DNA from: Mobula hypostoma
Taxonomy: Eukaryota
Assembly (NCBI RefSeq): GCF_963921235.1
Contig: NC_086098.1
Location: 237,398,001-237,462,000, forward strand
Direction of reading: 5' to 3'
Length of the DNA stretch: 64,000 nt
Shown: piece by piece, positions 36,015 through 50,519 of the stretch
Position numbering within the stretch: position 1 is the stretch's first letter
Layout of the letters: each line of letters opens with the position of its first letter
Notes under the pieces: model-generated
What the model saw: the letters and a program-made list of their open reading frames with translations, nothing else
Databases searched by the model: none
Told to the model about the DNA's origin: nothing
Translations under genes and position numbers: made by a program

Positions 36015-36536
36015 TGTTACAAATTAATGCCACAAAATAGCAGACAGTACACTGTATCGAAGTAAAGGAATAATATTAATGAATCTTAATTAAAGGGTTA
36101 GAAAAGAATTACAAAAAGAAAATGGTACATTCTAAATAAACAGTGAAATGTGCTCAAGTTGGAGCTCATCTTGAACTTCTCCGTCACTCACGCACTGGGC
36201 CCTCAATCAACATGAAAACACACACCAATTTCCGAAAGTCGCTCGCAATCCATCTCGAACAAACGGATCACCCACAGGACCATTTGCTACGACCGGTTCA
36301 CACAGCGCCTTTTTTCTCCATCTCCTCTCGAACAAAAAAACAAACTCCAATTCCAACCTTAGTGTCCCTCACCAGAGAAAACTCCCCTTCAATTCGATTA
36401 TCCTAACTGGAATGCACACATTTATCCTCACCTCTTATCGCCAACAATAACCCAAACATACACTGAAAACAAGCAGCTGAACTGCTAAATTAAATACATA
36501 CAGCATAACTATAAAAATATTAACCATTGCATTACA
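36015..36536 (-). mobile_element. Possible solo LTR of a second family
   Basis: TGTTACA...ATTACA termini, but no clean target-site duplication. Confidence 0.35.
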
Positions 36537-39500
36537 ATACATATCGAGAAAATTAGGTGAAAAGTCATTGAAGAGGAATACCTAGGTTGTGGCAATAGTT
36601 CATTGTTGGGAAGAGTGCAGTTGAGTGAAGTTGTGTCCTCTGCTTCAAGAGCCTGATGTTTGAGGGGTAATGCCTGTTCTCGAATCTGTTATGGCTCCTG
36701 AGGCTACGGTATCTCCTTCCTGAAGGCAGCAGCGAGTAAGGAGCACGGCCTAAATACCGTGGACCTTTGATGATGGATGTTTATTTCCTCCGACTTCGCT
36801 AGAATAGATGTGCTCAATGGTGGGGAGAGGCATTTTTCAGGCATGTCTCTTTTAGGTCAATGGCGTCGCCATACTAGCCCGTGATGCAACCACACAGGAC
36901 ACCCTGCACTGTGCATCTGCTGAAGATTTTCAAAGATTTGGATGACTGCTGAATCTTCGCAAACTTCCAAGAAAGTGGAGGCGCTGCCGAGCTTTCCCTA
37001 TGTCACTTACTTCCTGGACACAGAACAGATTGGCTGAAATGCGAACATCAAAGAATTTAAAGTTGCTGACCCTCTCCGTCGCTGATCACCTAATGTAGAT
37101 TGGCTCACGGACCTTCAAATCCCGCTTCCTGAATTAGATAATCAGCTCTTTGACTTTGGTTCAGCTCTTTAGGTTGCGGGTGTCATTGACAATGTTTTGC
37201 CCCTATTTGCCCGTCAGTAGAGTGGGTTTACTGAGATTGCTTTAAGTGAGCCAGAGGACTGAAGGTAAGTAAGGCAGAAGAGTCAGCCGTTCGTGTGAGT
37301 GAGGGATTGAGCAGGGAACTGCATTTAAAGTCCGGATCGAATTAGGGCCCACCTCTCCGACTCTGTAGTCTGGATCACCAGTCGGGTAACACAATCAGTC
37401 CGGCAACGCTCGAAACTCAGGCCTCGGCAGTCGAAGGAGAAGGAAAGATTTTCGGCCAGCTGATTCTGCGCCTGCGTACGGATCCCCAAACTCCGGCTCG
37501 GTTGAGGTGACTCCAGGTACCAGGAGAATTGGTCACTATCGATGGACCTCTCTTTCACCCTGCATTTGGGGCTGATTCACTCCTTCGTAAGTGCTGACTT
37601 AATTTCTATTGATAGAAATTTTTTCAGTTGCATCCGGCTCGGCTCAGCCAGAAACCATAATATGTTTCAAAGCCCAACCCAACCTCATTCAATTCTGCCC
37701 CTTCACATTCTGTTACTCCTGCCCTTTCGGCACTGGGAATCTGCCTCTGTTTTTTCAGTGAGAGCGTCTCCTGATCTGGAGTGAGAACTCTGGATCCCTG
37801 GTTCCAGCGGTGAATGTGCAACCATCCTTTGAGCAATTAGGTACAATCAGTTCGACGCCATTTCTGCTCCTGGGCGACAAAGAACAAATTCTACTTTTAT
37901 GCGAAATTATAACTTAGTGAAGCAGCAGTTAGAAAAAGGGTCAATTTTAATCACAGAAAGCTGTACTCAGTCAAGGAGGGGACTGAAGATGAATCATTAG
38001 TCTTACTCACTACCGAGAGGTCTGTGACTGAGGAAGCTCTGAGCGAGGCTTTGGATGGAGTGATCTGTACCCTTCAGATGTACTGCGAGTATATGACAAG
38101 TGTGCATGCGGCCGATCGATGACGCCGTGAATCAGCGGGACCTCCAACGCGCGGGTTTTCGAGAGTGCACCTTTTCGTGTCGGCGGACCCGGTTGATGAT
38201 CCGGCACTGTATAGTTCTTCAGCTTGTATCGTTACTAACATGACTCATGAAAAACATTTCATCTTATTACACCGTTTGCTTTTTGCACCACCTATCCGAA
38301 CAAAAATCTAAATCTTTCTTTGTTCCCGGAGGATAATCTACACTCTGCCTCTCCAGATGAGTTATAATCAATCTCATCCGGCCGTACATCTGTAAGGGAA
38401 GAAAATGAGATCGGATCACTCCTTGGACAAAGACTCCCTTTTCGCCATTTCGCCCTTCTTTGACTTCCCCACAAATTTACTGACCTTGCTTCTGAGCTCA
38501 AAATCTAAACTATTCGAGAATTTTGCAAATAACACAGGTACCATCTCCTATTCTTGGTAAACTCCGCTAGTGACAGGCATCCAACCCTCCCTTGCCCCTT
38601 GTTGCCAGACCATTGTGATTTTGATTCCTCTGTTCTCTTTGGTTGACTCGGCTACCTCTTCAAAAATTGCAGTCAGATTGTTCAGCATGATCAACTACTG
38701 ACATAGCCAGCTTGGCTATCTTTGATTAGACTTTGTCACTCCAAGCGACCATTAATCCTTTCCCTCAGGGTTTAGTCTTTTAAGATCCCTACTGTTGATG
38801 TTCGACGTACAGGACTGTAATTTCTAGTCTTTTCCTTGATACTCCAATTGCTTTCTTCTGGAAACCTCACGTGTGTCCACCGAGTACTTACAATACCTCA
38901 TTGAAAGCCCCAGCTAATCTCACAGTTTGCTTGCCACCGAAGCATGGGTTAAATACAATGATGTTACAGATTTACTGCCGCTAGGGCATCGAACATTTGC
39001 ACTTAATTTGTTAAGGTTTACACTAAAATTAACGTTTCCATTCACTAAAGCCTCCATCTACAAGTTACGCTTCTTTTGTGAATACTGATGAAATGGACAT
39101 ATAGAATTATTCAATACCATACCACCTGACCATCGACAGATTGCCATCGTTGCTCCTAATGGATCCTGTTATTTCTTTGAAAAACCTTTCGTCCTTAATA
39201 TATTTTTAAGACACCTTCGAATGAACCTTTATCTGCTTGCAATTGAGAATCTGTGACTCTTTCTTAATCTGCCTTTTAAACACTTCAATGCGCTTTTCAT
39301 GCCGTGACAGGCTTCTCTCGTTTTGAACCCTCTATACATGCTTCATGTTACATTTTTGTTCTTTATCCAATCGTCAGTCGTCTGTGACATCCATAGTTCC
39401 CTGTGATTATGATCTCTTCCTTTTACCCTTACAGAAAAATGTTGGCGCTGAGCTATTGGTATGTTTCCTTCTATGCACCCAATTCAAAATGCTTATTTCT

Positions 39501-39719
39501 GATTCATGCGAAATTTTATTTTCCATAACCACCTTAAATACATGGAGGTGTAATCTCTATTCCAAAACCGCTCCCCCGCCGACTCTTATTCAACAGCTGG
39601 TTGCTATGGAAACGGAGATTGATAGGTTCTCAATTAATAAGGGCATCAAAGGTTACGAGGCGAAAGCAGGAGAATAAGTTTGAGATGGAAAATAATGAAC
39701 CTTGGTGGATTGCTGCAAC

Positions 39720-40380
39720 ATAGATATATAGAAACATAGAATCATAGAAGACGTACAGCACAATACAGGCCCTTCGGCCCACAAAGCTCTGCTGAACATG
39801 TCCCTACTTTAGAACTACCGCTTTACTGATAGCCCTCAATTCTTCTAAGCTCCGTGTAGCCATCCAGGAGTCTCTTAAAAGACCCTATCGTTTCCACCTC
39901 CACCAACGCCGCCGACAGCCATTTCCACGCACTCACCACTCTCTGCGTAAAAATACTTACTCCTGACATCTCCTCTGTACCTACTTCCAAGCACCTCTTG
40001 TTCTAGCCATTTCAGCCCTGGAGAAAAGCCTCAGGCAATCCACATGATCAATGCATCTCATTATCTTGTACACCTCTATCAAGTCGCCTCTCATCCTCTG
40101 ACGCTCCAAGGAGAAAAGGCCGGATTCACTTAACCTATTGTCATAAGTCATGCTCCCCTATCCAGGCAACATCCTTGTAGATCTCCTCTGCACCCTTTCA
40201 ATTATTCCACGTCTTTCCTATAGTGAAGCCATCTGAATTGAGCATAGTGGCGTCTGACTAGGGTCCTATATAGCTGCAACATTACCTCTGGCCTCTTAAA
40301 CTCAGTCCCGCGATTGATGAAGGCCAATGCACCGTATGGTATCTTAACTACAGAGTCACCTGCGTGGCACCTTTGAGTGG
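39720..40380 (-). mobile_element. CR1 3' fragment
   Basis: Reverse tail CATAGAAACATAGAATCATAG followed by antisense RT C-terminal sequence. Confidence 0.8.
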
Positions 40381-40849
40381 TATTCCTTCCCTCATCGGTA
40401 ACCTACATACTTCTTTAAAATCCTCTCCTGACCTCGTCTTAAACATCCGTACTGAGTCTTTTATGATGAGACAGTAAATATTCGAGAACTTCGTGGAGGC
40501 AAACTTACTGAATTCCCTTTACATCTTCTCCAACGCAATCGCGCCCTTGCTGTAGTTTAACGTCCAGAATCTGCCCACCATTCTACTCTAATTTTGGGCT
40601 TGTTGATGTTTTGCATAGTTTGAATATACTGTAGGTACTTCCTTGCTCTTAGATTCTAAGCCACAGAATCCGAAGACCAGTAATTGGAATGTTTGCTTCA
40701 CCACCTTGTCACCATGTTTCTTTCTACTGCCTTTCATTATGTCTGTTCCTAAGCTTCCAAAACACGTCGCCTTAAATTTCTGAGCGTGAACCTTCATCTG
40801 CCATTGTTCCGAAACCATTTTAGGGCGGCACTCACTTTAACGTACCGAA

Positions 40850-41030
40850 CGCTTTACGGAGCCAGCTGTGAGATTCGGGGTTCGATCCCCGTCGTTTCCT
40901 TTAAGGTGTTTGTACGTGAACGCATGGATTTCCGCCGAGTGCTTCGGTTTCCTCCTACATTCTAAGGACGTATAACTTAATTGCTAATTGGACTGCGTGG
41001 GCTCATTCGACCGGAAGGGCATGAACCTCT
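40850..41030 (+). mobile_element. tRNA-derived V-SINE copy
   Basis: B-box GGGTTCGATCCC, and GTGCTTCGGTTTCCTCCTACATTCTAAGGACGT. Confidence 0.55.
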
Positions 41031-41039
41031 AAATTAAAT

Positions 41040-41745
41040 TAAATTATACTCTTCAGTGCAGCTCTGCAGCTGAAAACTAACCTGCTCACTACAAACCGCA
41101 CCAGAAATTCTAGGCTCATTTATGAACGTACTTTATACACTCTCTACAACTCATCTGGGTCCCAGCAAACTCCGCCATGTTACAGTCCGGATCCTGGATG
41201 CCCAAGAAGCAATGATGAGCCTGGCTAGCAACCGCATCCCGTAAATCTCCAGTGGTACAGCTCCACCAAACCTTGGGGCTGCACAAGGGAACATTTTGAA
41301 AGAGGTCCTGGCGAGCCTGCAGTCTGGCGAGCTGATTTCGGCGCTTCTGCCCCAGTAGCGATGATAGGTTTAAGAAGAAGAAGGATCCCAGCATCTGGTA
41401 AAATGGATCTACTTGTTTCCACAGGGTACCTGTGACCATTAGTTTGGATCCATTGCCGAAATCTCTGTGGAGATGCACTGCGCAGTAGAGATCCCGGAAT
41501 CATTTCGCTTGACGTTTTCAATCACCATGGAGTACCTGACCGATTTTGCGTCCAACTGCTCCGAGAACCTCCTCACCACATATACGAATCTGCCCACCCT
41601 GTAAAGGAATGGCAGATGCCTTGATCGCCCTGTTTATACCAGTTTACTCAATCAAACACACCGAGATACCGACTATAATTCAGAATGGCCCGGCTACCGA
41701 CACGGACGGTCTGAATTAGCGGGAATTGGAACAAGACGGCATGAG
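41040..41745 (-). pseudogene. Decayed germline-joined VJ exon plus C1 exon
   Basis: V: AVLFQFPLIQTVRVGSRAILNY(S)...VNWYKQ...RFSEQLD...MVIENVKRNDSGI/LYCAVHLHRDFGNGSKLMVT then G|GTACC at 41430, with stops, frameshifts and Cys23 to Tyr. C1 from 41394: C-x13-W, VYKVRS*MSL and LVFSCRA in one stop-riddled frame. Confidence 0.7.
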
Positions 41746-44700
41746 ACACGCAGAATGAGGACGGAAGGATTTCATCACAGATTACCATCCTAGTGGCCCG
41801 ACATTATTAAAGGTAAAATCCGAGTGATTACTGGATACCTCGCAGTTGAAATAGTGCACTACACTTTTCCGCCAGCGTGTTACCAGCCCCTACTTAATGA
41901 GATTTAACCCGATCCCATAAGTATGATTAATCTTGAAACAGTGTTCGCTTGGGATTTCTACTATGGTCTGGCCAACAATTGAATCTATCTCTCCCTCGTT
42001 CGGGGGGCATTTTCATGTGCTAAAGAACACGATAACTTAGCATTTTGTATTAAATGCGAACCCCTCCCCTGTTCCCAGAGACCGGCCCTGCCGTCATGCC
42101 ACAGTTGTTGGATATTATTTCGGGAGAACTGGCATCAGGTCCACTCGCCGGTAACATGACGAGACTCCAACCAAGCGCCATATTTTTTTACAAATTAGCT
42201 CTTCGGAACACAGAAAGAGTAGTGAGCTCACTCTGAACAATTAGTTGCACTACTCGCTACCCTAATCCCATAGTTCTATCCAAATTCATTTCTTAATGCA
42301 CCATTGGAAATCCCTCCAGTTATTGCAATCCCTGGTAAGGTAAGAATAAATTGATCGCACCTTGCCGCTCGAGTAATCTACCTTCCTCATTCTACCTTCT
42401 TGGATTATTGACCATCGGTAGCTAAACAAAACATTGAGCATAGAACATAGAAAAGTACAGCACAGTAACAGGCCTTTCAGCACACAATGCTGTGCAGCAC
42501 TGATTACGTTAATAATCAACTGCTTATCTAATCTCTTCTACCGACATAATATCCATTTTCCTCACGTCCACGCGCCCATCTAAATGTGTCTTAAAAGTTC
42601 CAAATGTGTCTACATCTACCACCACCCCAGCAAATTCCAGGCTCCCACCACTATCTGTGTAAAATCCCAGCCCCTCACATCTCCTTTGAAATTACCCCCT
42701 TTCTCCTTAAAATGTATGACCGCTGGTATTAGAAACTCCTTTTTTTTCTACCAAATTTCTCCTGAATGTCTTCTGAATTCGCTGCCCAAACTCTTTTCCG
42801 CACGGCATACTGGTCGCTAATATTGCAGTAGGTAGGAGAACTCAAAGACCGCGAAGCATCTCATTGTTCTTGACCAAGTTAAATTCTACGTTTTAACCGC
42901 AGGTGCGTGTTCATCGCTTTGTAAGGTCCATGCAAGGGAGTGGTGAAATATTTTGCAATGATGAAAAACAAATGCAACGCTTACTATTTAATGCTCGCTT
43001 ATATTGGAAACAGTCAGAGGCGCGCTGCGGGTTTCCTGTTTACTCGGGGCCAAGGACCTGCAGATAGAATGGGGTTTGCAAACAAATAAAAATACACGTC
43101 TACTAGCGTTGCTGAGATCACACTTACAGTACACTACACAGTACTCAACCTAGGGTGTTATAATGTGGGCAGAAGTCTGTTCAGGTTTATCAGCAAAGCC
43201 TAGTGATGCCGGGAAAACTTTGTACAGAGAAGTAAAGTGAGCGAGTTGTGGGGCCGGCGACCTCGTCGAGGTTAATTTTAAAGTTTAACATTTTAGATAG
43301 GGTGAATGGGCAGATGTTTCCAGGTTGCCATAGTTATGTTGGAACCGGGCGAGGGGCAGCGGACGCCGAAGCGAAGGGCCATCAATTAAAATATAACAGA
43401 AACGATGCAATACTGAGGTTTTGCAACGCATTAGTGAAACATCACTTGGGGTACTATGAGAAGATTTGAGAACACATGTCGATGAAAGAATGTGCACGCA
43501 GTGGAGATGGTCTGGAGGAAGTTGACAAGAATGATTCCCCGAATGAATGAGTTAGCATATGATGTGCTTCGATAGATATCGGCTTGTATTCTCACTGGAG
43601 TAAAGAAAAATGATGGGGGGGGGGATGTCTCATTGAAACCTGCCGAATATTGTAATGCCTAAATAGAGAGGATGTTTCCAAGAATGGGGTAGGTTATGAC
43701 CAGAGGCTACAGCCTGAGAATAGAGAGATGTCCCTTTATAGCAGAAATGAGGCGGAATTTCTCTAGCCAGAGGGTGGTGAATCTTTGGAATCCATTGTCG
43801 CAGGCGACTGTAGAGACCGAGTCATTGGGTATACTTAAAGAGAAGATTTATAGGTTGTTGACTCGGAAGGGTTGTAAAGGTTAAGGTATGAAGGCAGGAG
43901 AATGGGTTTGAGAGATAAAATAAATCAGCCACGATGGAATGGCGTAAGAGTTTCTGGGCCGAGTGGCCTAATTCAGCTCCATTTTCTTATGGTATGAAAA
44001 GCGAATCAATGAGGAAGAAAAGTCAGGCAAGGTCATTTGAATGTAGCTTACGAACTCCCTTCCCAACGAGTTTTATCAATGACAATCTCACGCTTCCATC
44101 ATTTTCCACGCCTCCTGCACGCCTTTCCAAACACAACGGAGTGTTTTTATAATCAAGATTGCAACGTTGAGAAAGCACCGACCAACATGTACACAGAGAG
44201 CTCCCACAAATCGGCTATGTAATGCTGACTGCTCCGAATGGATCAGTTTTTCTTGTTTTCAGTGTAGTGCCAATGGATAGACAGTCTTCAGTTTAACTTT
44301 TTGCCTGAAGACGGCACAGTGGGCACCGCGGCTCCCTTCCTCTCGGGATTCCTTCTGGACAGTTACATAGCTTTGAAGTTAAACATAAGCTGGGTACGCA
44401 GGTTAAGAGGAAGGTGTGAAGTATTGATGAGGGTAGAGGGAGGAGGAAGCTATGGTGGGAGTAGCCAGCGATCAAGTTGTACTGATGTGAGAAAATGAGC
44501 TGTATAGATGGGACGCAAAAAACAACATAACATTTTACCGTTCATCGGTACAATAATAAACCGATTATATTGAGTGTACGGTTGCACTAATTGGGTCTAT
44601 TATTTTGGTCGAAAAGCTCGTCACATGCACACATAAACACATGTTCAGGACCCTGCTGAAGGACCTCAGCTCGAAACGTGTACTGTACACTTTTCTATCG

Positions 44701-45892
44701 ATCCTGCCTGGCTTATTGTGTTCCTCCAGCAGTCTGTGTGTGCCTGATGAATTCCTCCATCATTTTATGTGTGTGTTTCCAGCACTGGCAGAATCTTTTC
44801 TGCTGGGGATTGATTTATTCCGCGTAAACATGTGAGGTTTTACACTACAGGTACGGAAGTGGTCAAATATAAGGGACAAACTATACCGCTAATGTCAGAC
44901 CACCTAAAATCCTGAAACTACAGAGAGTTCCTGGGATCGAAGTCCATAATTCAACTCCCGTTTCCTATGGTCCGAAAAGCGAATGTAGCCACCATGTAGA
45001 TAAGGTGGAAAACAATACATATGTAATTCGTGCCTTTATTGGTCGGAGCATTGAGAATATGAGTTGGGGTGACATGTTGCAGCTGTATTGAAGTTTGTTT
45101 AAGCTATCTAATGTATTGTGTGCAGTTCTGGGCGCCCAATTGCAGGCAGGCTGCGGGGACTTTGTAAAGGGTGCAGAGAGGGTTTGCCAGGATTCTGCCT
45201 GGATTAGGTTGCATGAGCCATATAGAGAGGATGGATATTTTATTTGTTTTCTCAGGAGAGTCAGAGTGTGAGAGACGACCCGCTAAAAACTTGAAAGATA
45301 GTGAGTGTCCGAGCATTGATGCAACGCAGGATGGAAATGTCTAATGCCTGAGGATTTAAGATGAGATGCAGCAAGGTTAAAGGAGATATATAGAGCAGGT
45401 ATTTTTACACATGGATTGATGGGTACCTTGAACAGGCTGTTGGGGGAGATTTTGGATGTGTTTACGATAATGGCGTTTAGGAAAACAAACAAAAATGCTG
45501 GAGAACTCAGGAGGCCGCATCTATGGAGGGGGGTAATCAGTCAATCTGTAATTATTCCTTTCCACAGATGCTGCTTGGTCTGCTGACTTCTTCCAGCATT
45601 TTGCGTACTTCCCAGCATATACAGAACCATATACAGAGTCTGTTCGACAAATGCATGAATATGACAGACGAGAATAAGTTTAATTTGTCACTGTCTTCGG
45701 CGAACACTTTGTGGACCGAAGGGCATGTTCCTGTGTTGTTTTGTTCAATACACTACTCATTGTAGATCTTCCAGATCGTTTGGGCTTTACTTCGTGATCA
45801 GAACAACCTCTTGCACAAAGCTCCTTCGTTCCCTGTTTCGAATCTGTGGTTACTGTGACTCACTCTCAGGGAATAATTTCAGTATCTTTTTC

Positions 45893-47500
45893 ATAGAAAC
45901 ATAGAAATCCTACAGCACTATACAGGCCCTTCGGCCCATGATTGTGTGCCGAACAGGTAGTTACATGGGAAATTACGTAGGCTCACCCATAGCTCTGTAT
46001 TTTCGAAGCTTCATGACCTATCCAGGAGTCTCTTAAAAGACCCTATCATATCCGCCTCCTCCACCGTCGCTGGCAGCCCATTCCACGCCCTCACCAACCT
46101 CTGCATGACAAAATTGCCCAGCCATCTTTTCTGTACCTACTTCCAAACACCTTAAAACTGTACCCTCTCGTTTTAGCCATTTCAGCCCCGAAAGCAAGCC
46201 TCCAACGATCCACATGATCAATGCCTCTCATTATTTTATACAGCTATATCGGGTCACCTCTCATCCTCCGTCGTTCCAAGGAGAAAAGGCCAAGTTCCTT
46301 CAAACAACTCTCATAGAGATGTTCGCAGTCCAGCCAGCATCCTTGTAAATCTCCTCTGCACTCTTTCTAAAGTTCCCACATGCTTCCTGTAGTGAGGTGA
46401 CCAGAACTGAGCACAGTACTCCAAGTAGAGTCTGACCAGGGTCCCATAAAGCTGTATTATTACCTTAGGACTCTTAAACTAAATCGCACGTTTGATGAAG
46501 GCCAATGCACCGTATGCTTTCTGAACCACACAGTCAACCTGTGCAGCAGCCTTAAGTGTCCTATGGACTCGGACCCCAAGATCCCTCTGTTCCTGCAGAC
46601 TGCCAGGAGTCTTCCCATTAATACTATATTCTGTTATCATGTTTGACCTATCAAAATGAACTACCTCACACTTATCCGGGTTGAACTCCATCTTCTACTT
46701 CTCAGCCCAGCTTTACATGCTATTGATGTTCCGCTGTAACCAATGACATCCCTCCACACGATCCACAACAGCTTCAAACTTTGTGTCATCAGCAAACTTA
46801 CTAACCCATCCCTGCACATTCTCGTCCAGGTCATATATAAAAACCATGGAGAAGGGGTCCCAGAACAGAATCCTGAGGCACAACGTTGGTCACCGAACTC
46901 CATGCGTAATGTCACCCATATACAAGCAGACTTTGCCTTCTCTGGGCAAGCCAATTCTGGATCCACAAAGCAAGATTCCCTTGGATCCCATGCGTCCTTA
47001 CTTTTTCAATAAGCCTGGCATAGGGTACCTTATCAAATGCCTTACTGAAATCTAAATGCACTACATCTATTGCTCTATCTTCATCAATATGTCACATTTT
47101 GAAAAAAATCAATCAGGCTCGTAAGGCACGACCTGCCTTTGGCAAAACCATGCTGACTATTCCCAATCTTATTATGCCTCTCCAAATGTTCAAGATTCCT
47201 GCATCTCAGTATCTTCTCCATCAACTTACCAACCAATAAAGCAAGGTTAACTAGTGTATAATTTCCTGGGCTATGTGTACCCGCTTTCTCGAATAAAGGA
47301 AAAATATCTGCAACCTTATAAATCTCCCGACCCTATTTATGATTCAAAGATCATTGGAAGAGGATCAGCAATCTCTTCCCTCCCCTACCACAGATGCCTG
47401 GGGTATATCGCGTCCGGTCCCGGTACTTATTTAACTTGATACTTTCCAAAAGCTCCAGCACATCCTTTTTCTTAATGTCTATATACTGTATCTTTTCAGT
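45893..47500 (-). mobile_element. CR1 3' half, decayed
   Basis: Reverse tail CATAGAAACATAGAAA. Antisense RT motifs (MEFNPDKCEVVHF). Confidence 0.85.
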
Positions 47501-47526
47501 CCGCTGTAAGACACCCCTACATATAA

Positions 47527-50440
47527 CATAGAACATTGAATAGTACAGCACAGTACAGGCCCTTCGGCCGACAATGTTGTGCCGACCCTCAAACCCTGCC
47601 TCCCATATAAGCTCCCAACTTAAATTCCTCTATATACCTGTCTAGTAGTCTCTTAAACTTCACAGTGTATCTGCCTCCACCACTGACTCAGGCAGTGCAT
47701 TCCACGCACCAACAACTGTCTGAGTAAAAGACCTTCCTCTAATATCCCCCTTGAACTTCCCACCCCTTAACTTAAAGCCATGTCCTCTTGTATTGAGCAG
47801 TGGTGCCCTGGGTAAGAGGTGCTGGCTATCCACTCTACCTATTCCTCTTATTATTTTGTACACCTCTATCATGTCTCCTCTCATCCTCCTTCTCTTCAAA
47901 GAGTAAAGCCCTAGCTCCCTGAATCTTTGATCATAATGCATACTCTCTAAACCAGGCAGCATCCTGGTAAATCTCTTCTGTACCCTTTCCAATGCTTCCA
48001 CATCCTTCCTATAGTGAGGCGACCAGAACTGGACACAGTACTCCAAGTGTGACCGAACCAGAGTTTTATAGAGCTGCATCATTACATCGCGACTCTTAAA
48101 CTCTATCCATCGACTTATGAAAGCTAACACTCCATAAGCTTTATAACTACCCTATCTACCTGTGAGGCAACTTTCAAGGATCTGTGGACATGTACCCCAG
48201 ATCGCTCTGCTCCTCCACACTACCAAGTATCCTGCCATTTACTGTGTACTCTGCCCACAACCACTGCACTACCCTCATCTATATGCCTGGTCATCTCCTC
48301 AAAGAACTCTATCAGATTTATTAGACACGATTTGCCCTTCACAAAGCCATACTGACTGTCCCTGATGAGACCATGATTCTCTAAATGCTCATAGATCCTA
48401 TCTCTAAGAATCTTTTCCAAAAGCTTTCCCACCACTGTCGTAAGGTTCACTGGTCTATAATTACCCGGACTATCCCTACTACCTTTTTCGATCAAGGGGA
48501 CAACATTCGTCTCCCTCCAATCCTCCTGTACCATTCCCATGTACAATGAGGGCATAAAGGTCTTAGCCAGAGGCTCAGCAATCTTTTCCCTCGCCTGGTG
48601 GAAAAGCCTGGGGAATATTCCGTCAGGCCCCGGGAACTTATCCGTCCTATGTATTTTAACTACTCCAACACCACCTCCTCTCCCTTAATATCAACATGCT
48701 CCAGAACATGAACCTCACTCATATTGTCCTCACCATCATCAAGTTCCCTCTCATTGGTGAATACCGAGGAGAAGTATTCATTGAGGACCTCGCTCACTTC
48801 CACAGCCTCCAGGCACGTCTTCCCACTTTTATCTCTAATCGATCCTACCTTCACTCCTGTCATCCCTTTTTTCTTCACATAATTGAAGAATGCCTTGGGG
48901 GTTTCCTTTACCCTACTCGCCAAGACCTTCTCATGCCCCCTTCTTGCCCTTCTCAGCCCCTTCTTAAGCTCTCTTCTTGCTTCCCGATATTCCTCAATAG
49001 ACCCATCTGATCCTTGCTTCCTAAACCTCATGCATGCTGCCTTCTACCACCTCATTAGATTTTCCACCTCACTTGTCACCCATGGTTCCTTCACCCTACC
49101 ATTCTTTATCTTCCTCACCGGGACAAATTTATCCCTAACATCCTGCGAGAGATCTCTAAACATCGACCACATGTCCATAGTATATTTCCCTGCAGAAATA
49201 TTATCCCAATTCACACCGCAAGTTCTAGCCTTATAGCCTCATAATTTGCCCTCCCCCAATTAAAACTTGTCCTGTCCTCTCTGATACTATCCTTTTCCAT
49301 GAAAATGCTAAAGGCCAGGGAGCAGTGGTCACCGTCCCCCAGATGCTCACCCACTGAGAGATCTGTGACCTGACCCGGTTCATTACCTAGTACTAGATCT
49401 AGTATGGCATTTCCCCTAGTCGGCCTGTCCACATACTGTGAGAGGCATCCGTCCTGGACACACTTAACAAACTTTGCCCCATCTAAACCCTTGTAACTAA
49501 TCAGGTGCCAATCAATTAAAGTCACCCATGATAACAACCCTGTTATTTTTGCACCTTTCCAAAATCTGCCTCCCAACCTGCGCCTCTGTATCTCTGCTGC
49601 TACCAGGGGGCCTATAGAATATCTCCAATGGACTAATTGCTCTCTTCCTGTTCCAGACTTCCACCCATACTGACTGAAAAGAGTATCCTGCTACATTACC
49701 CACCCTTTCTGTAGCTGTAATATTATCCTTGACCAGTAATGTCACCCCTCCTCTCCTTTTTCCGCCCTCTCTAACCCTTTTAAAGCACGGAAATCCAGAA
49801 ATATTGAGAATCCGTTCCTGCCCTCGTGCCAGCCAAGTCTCTGTAATGGCCACTACCTCATAATTCCATATATATATATATCCAAGCTCTCAGTTCATCA
49901 CTTTTGTTCCTGATGCTTCTTGCATTGAAGTACACACACTTCAGCTCTTCTATTTTACTGCCTTTACACCGTTTATTCTGCTTCTCTTTCCTCAAAGCCT
50001 CTCTATATGTTAGATCTGGCTTTACTCCAAGCACTTCTTTCACTGCTCTATCGCTCTGGGTCCCATCCCCCTTGCAAATCAGATTAAACCCTCCCGAACC
50101 ATGCTAGCAAACCCGACTGCAAGGGTATTGCTCCCCGTCGGGTTCAGTTGCAACCCGTCCAATCTCTACAGGTCCCACCTTCCCCAGAAGAGATCCCAAT
50201 GATCTAAAAATCTAAAACCCTATCCGTGCACCAACTCCTCAGCCACGCATTCAACTGCCATCTCCTCCAATTCTTACCATCACTGTCCGGTAGCACTGGC
50301 AGCAATCCTGAGAACGCCGCCCTTGAGGCCCTGTTCTCAATCTTCTCCCTAGTTCCCGAAACTCAGACTTCAGGACCTCAACGCTCTTCCTGCCAATGTC
50401 GTTGGTCCCTACATGTATTATGACTTCTGGTTGCTTTCCC
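47527..50440 (-). mobile_element. CR1 spanning ORF1 to the 3' tail with an internal RT deletion, decayed
   Basis: Minus ORFs 47660-48130, 48220-48555, 48660-49031, 49211-49576, 49512-49853 and 49858-50043 all match CR1 ORF2 segments in order. Confidence 0.88.
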
Positions 50441-50519
50441 TAACACTATCCTATATTGTACTGAATCCTCAGGCATTCACCTTTTCCACCGCGCCTTTTT
50501 AGGCAGGTGGCGTTTTCCT

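Noticed and set aside
17720-41745. Mirror symmetry of the + receptor and the - pseudogene about the centre of the inverted duplication
   Set aside because: The two V domains are far more diverged than the duplicated arms, so they are not products of that duplication. The spacing also depends on later insertions.
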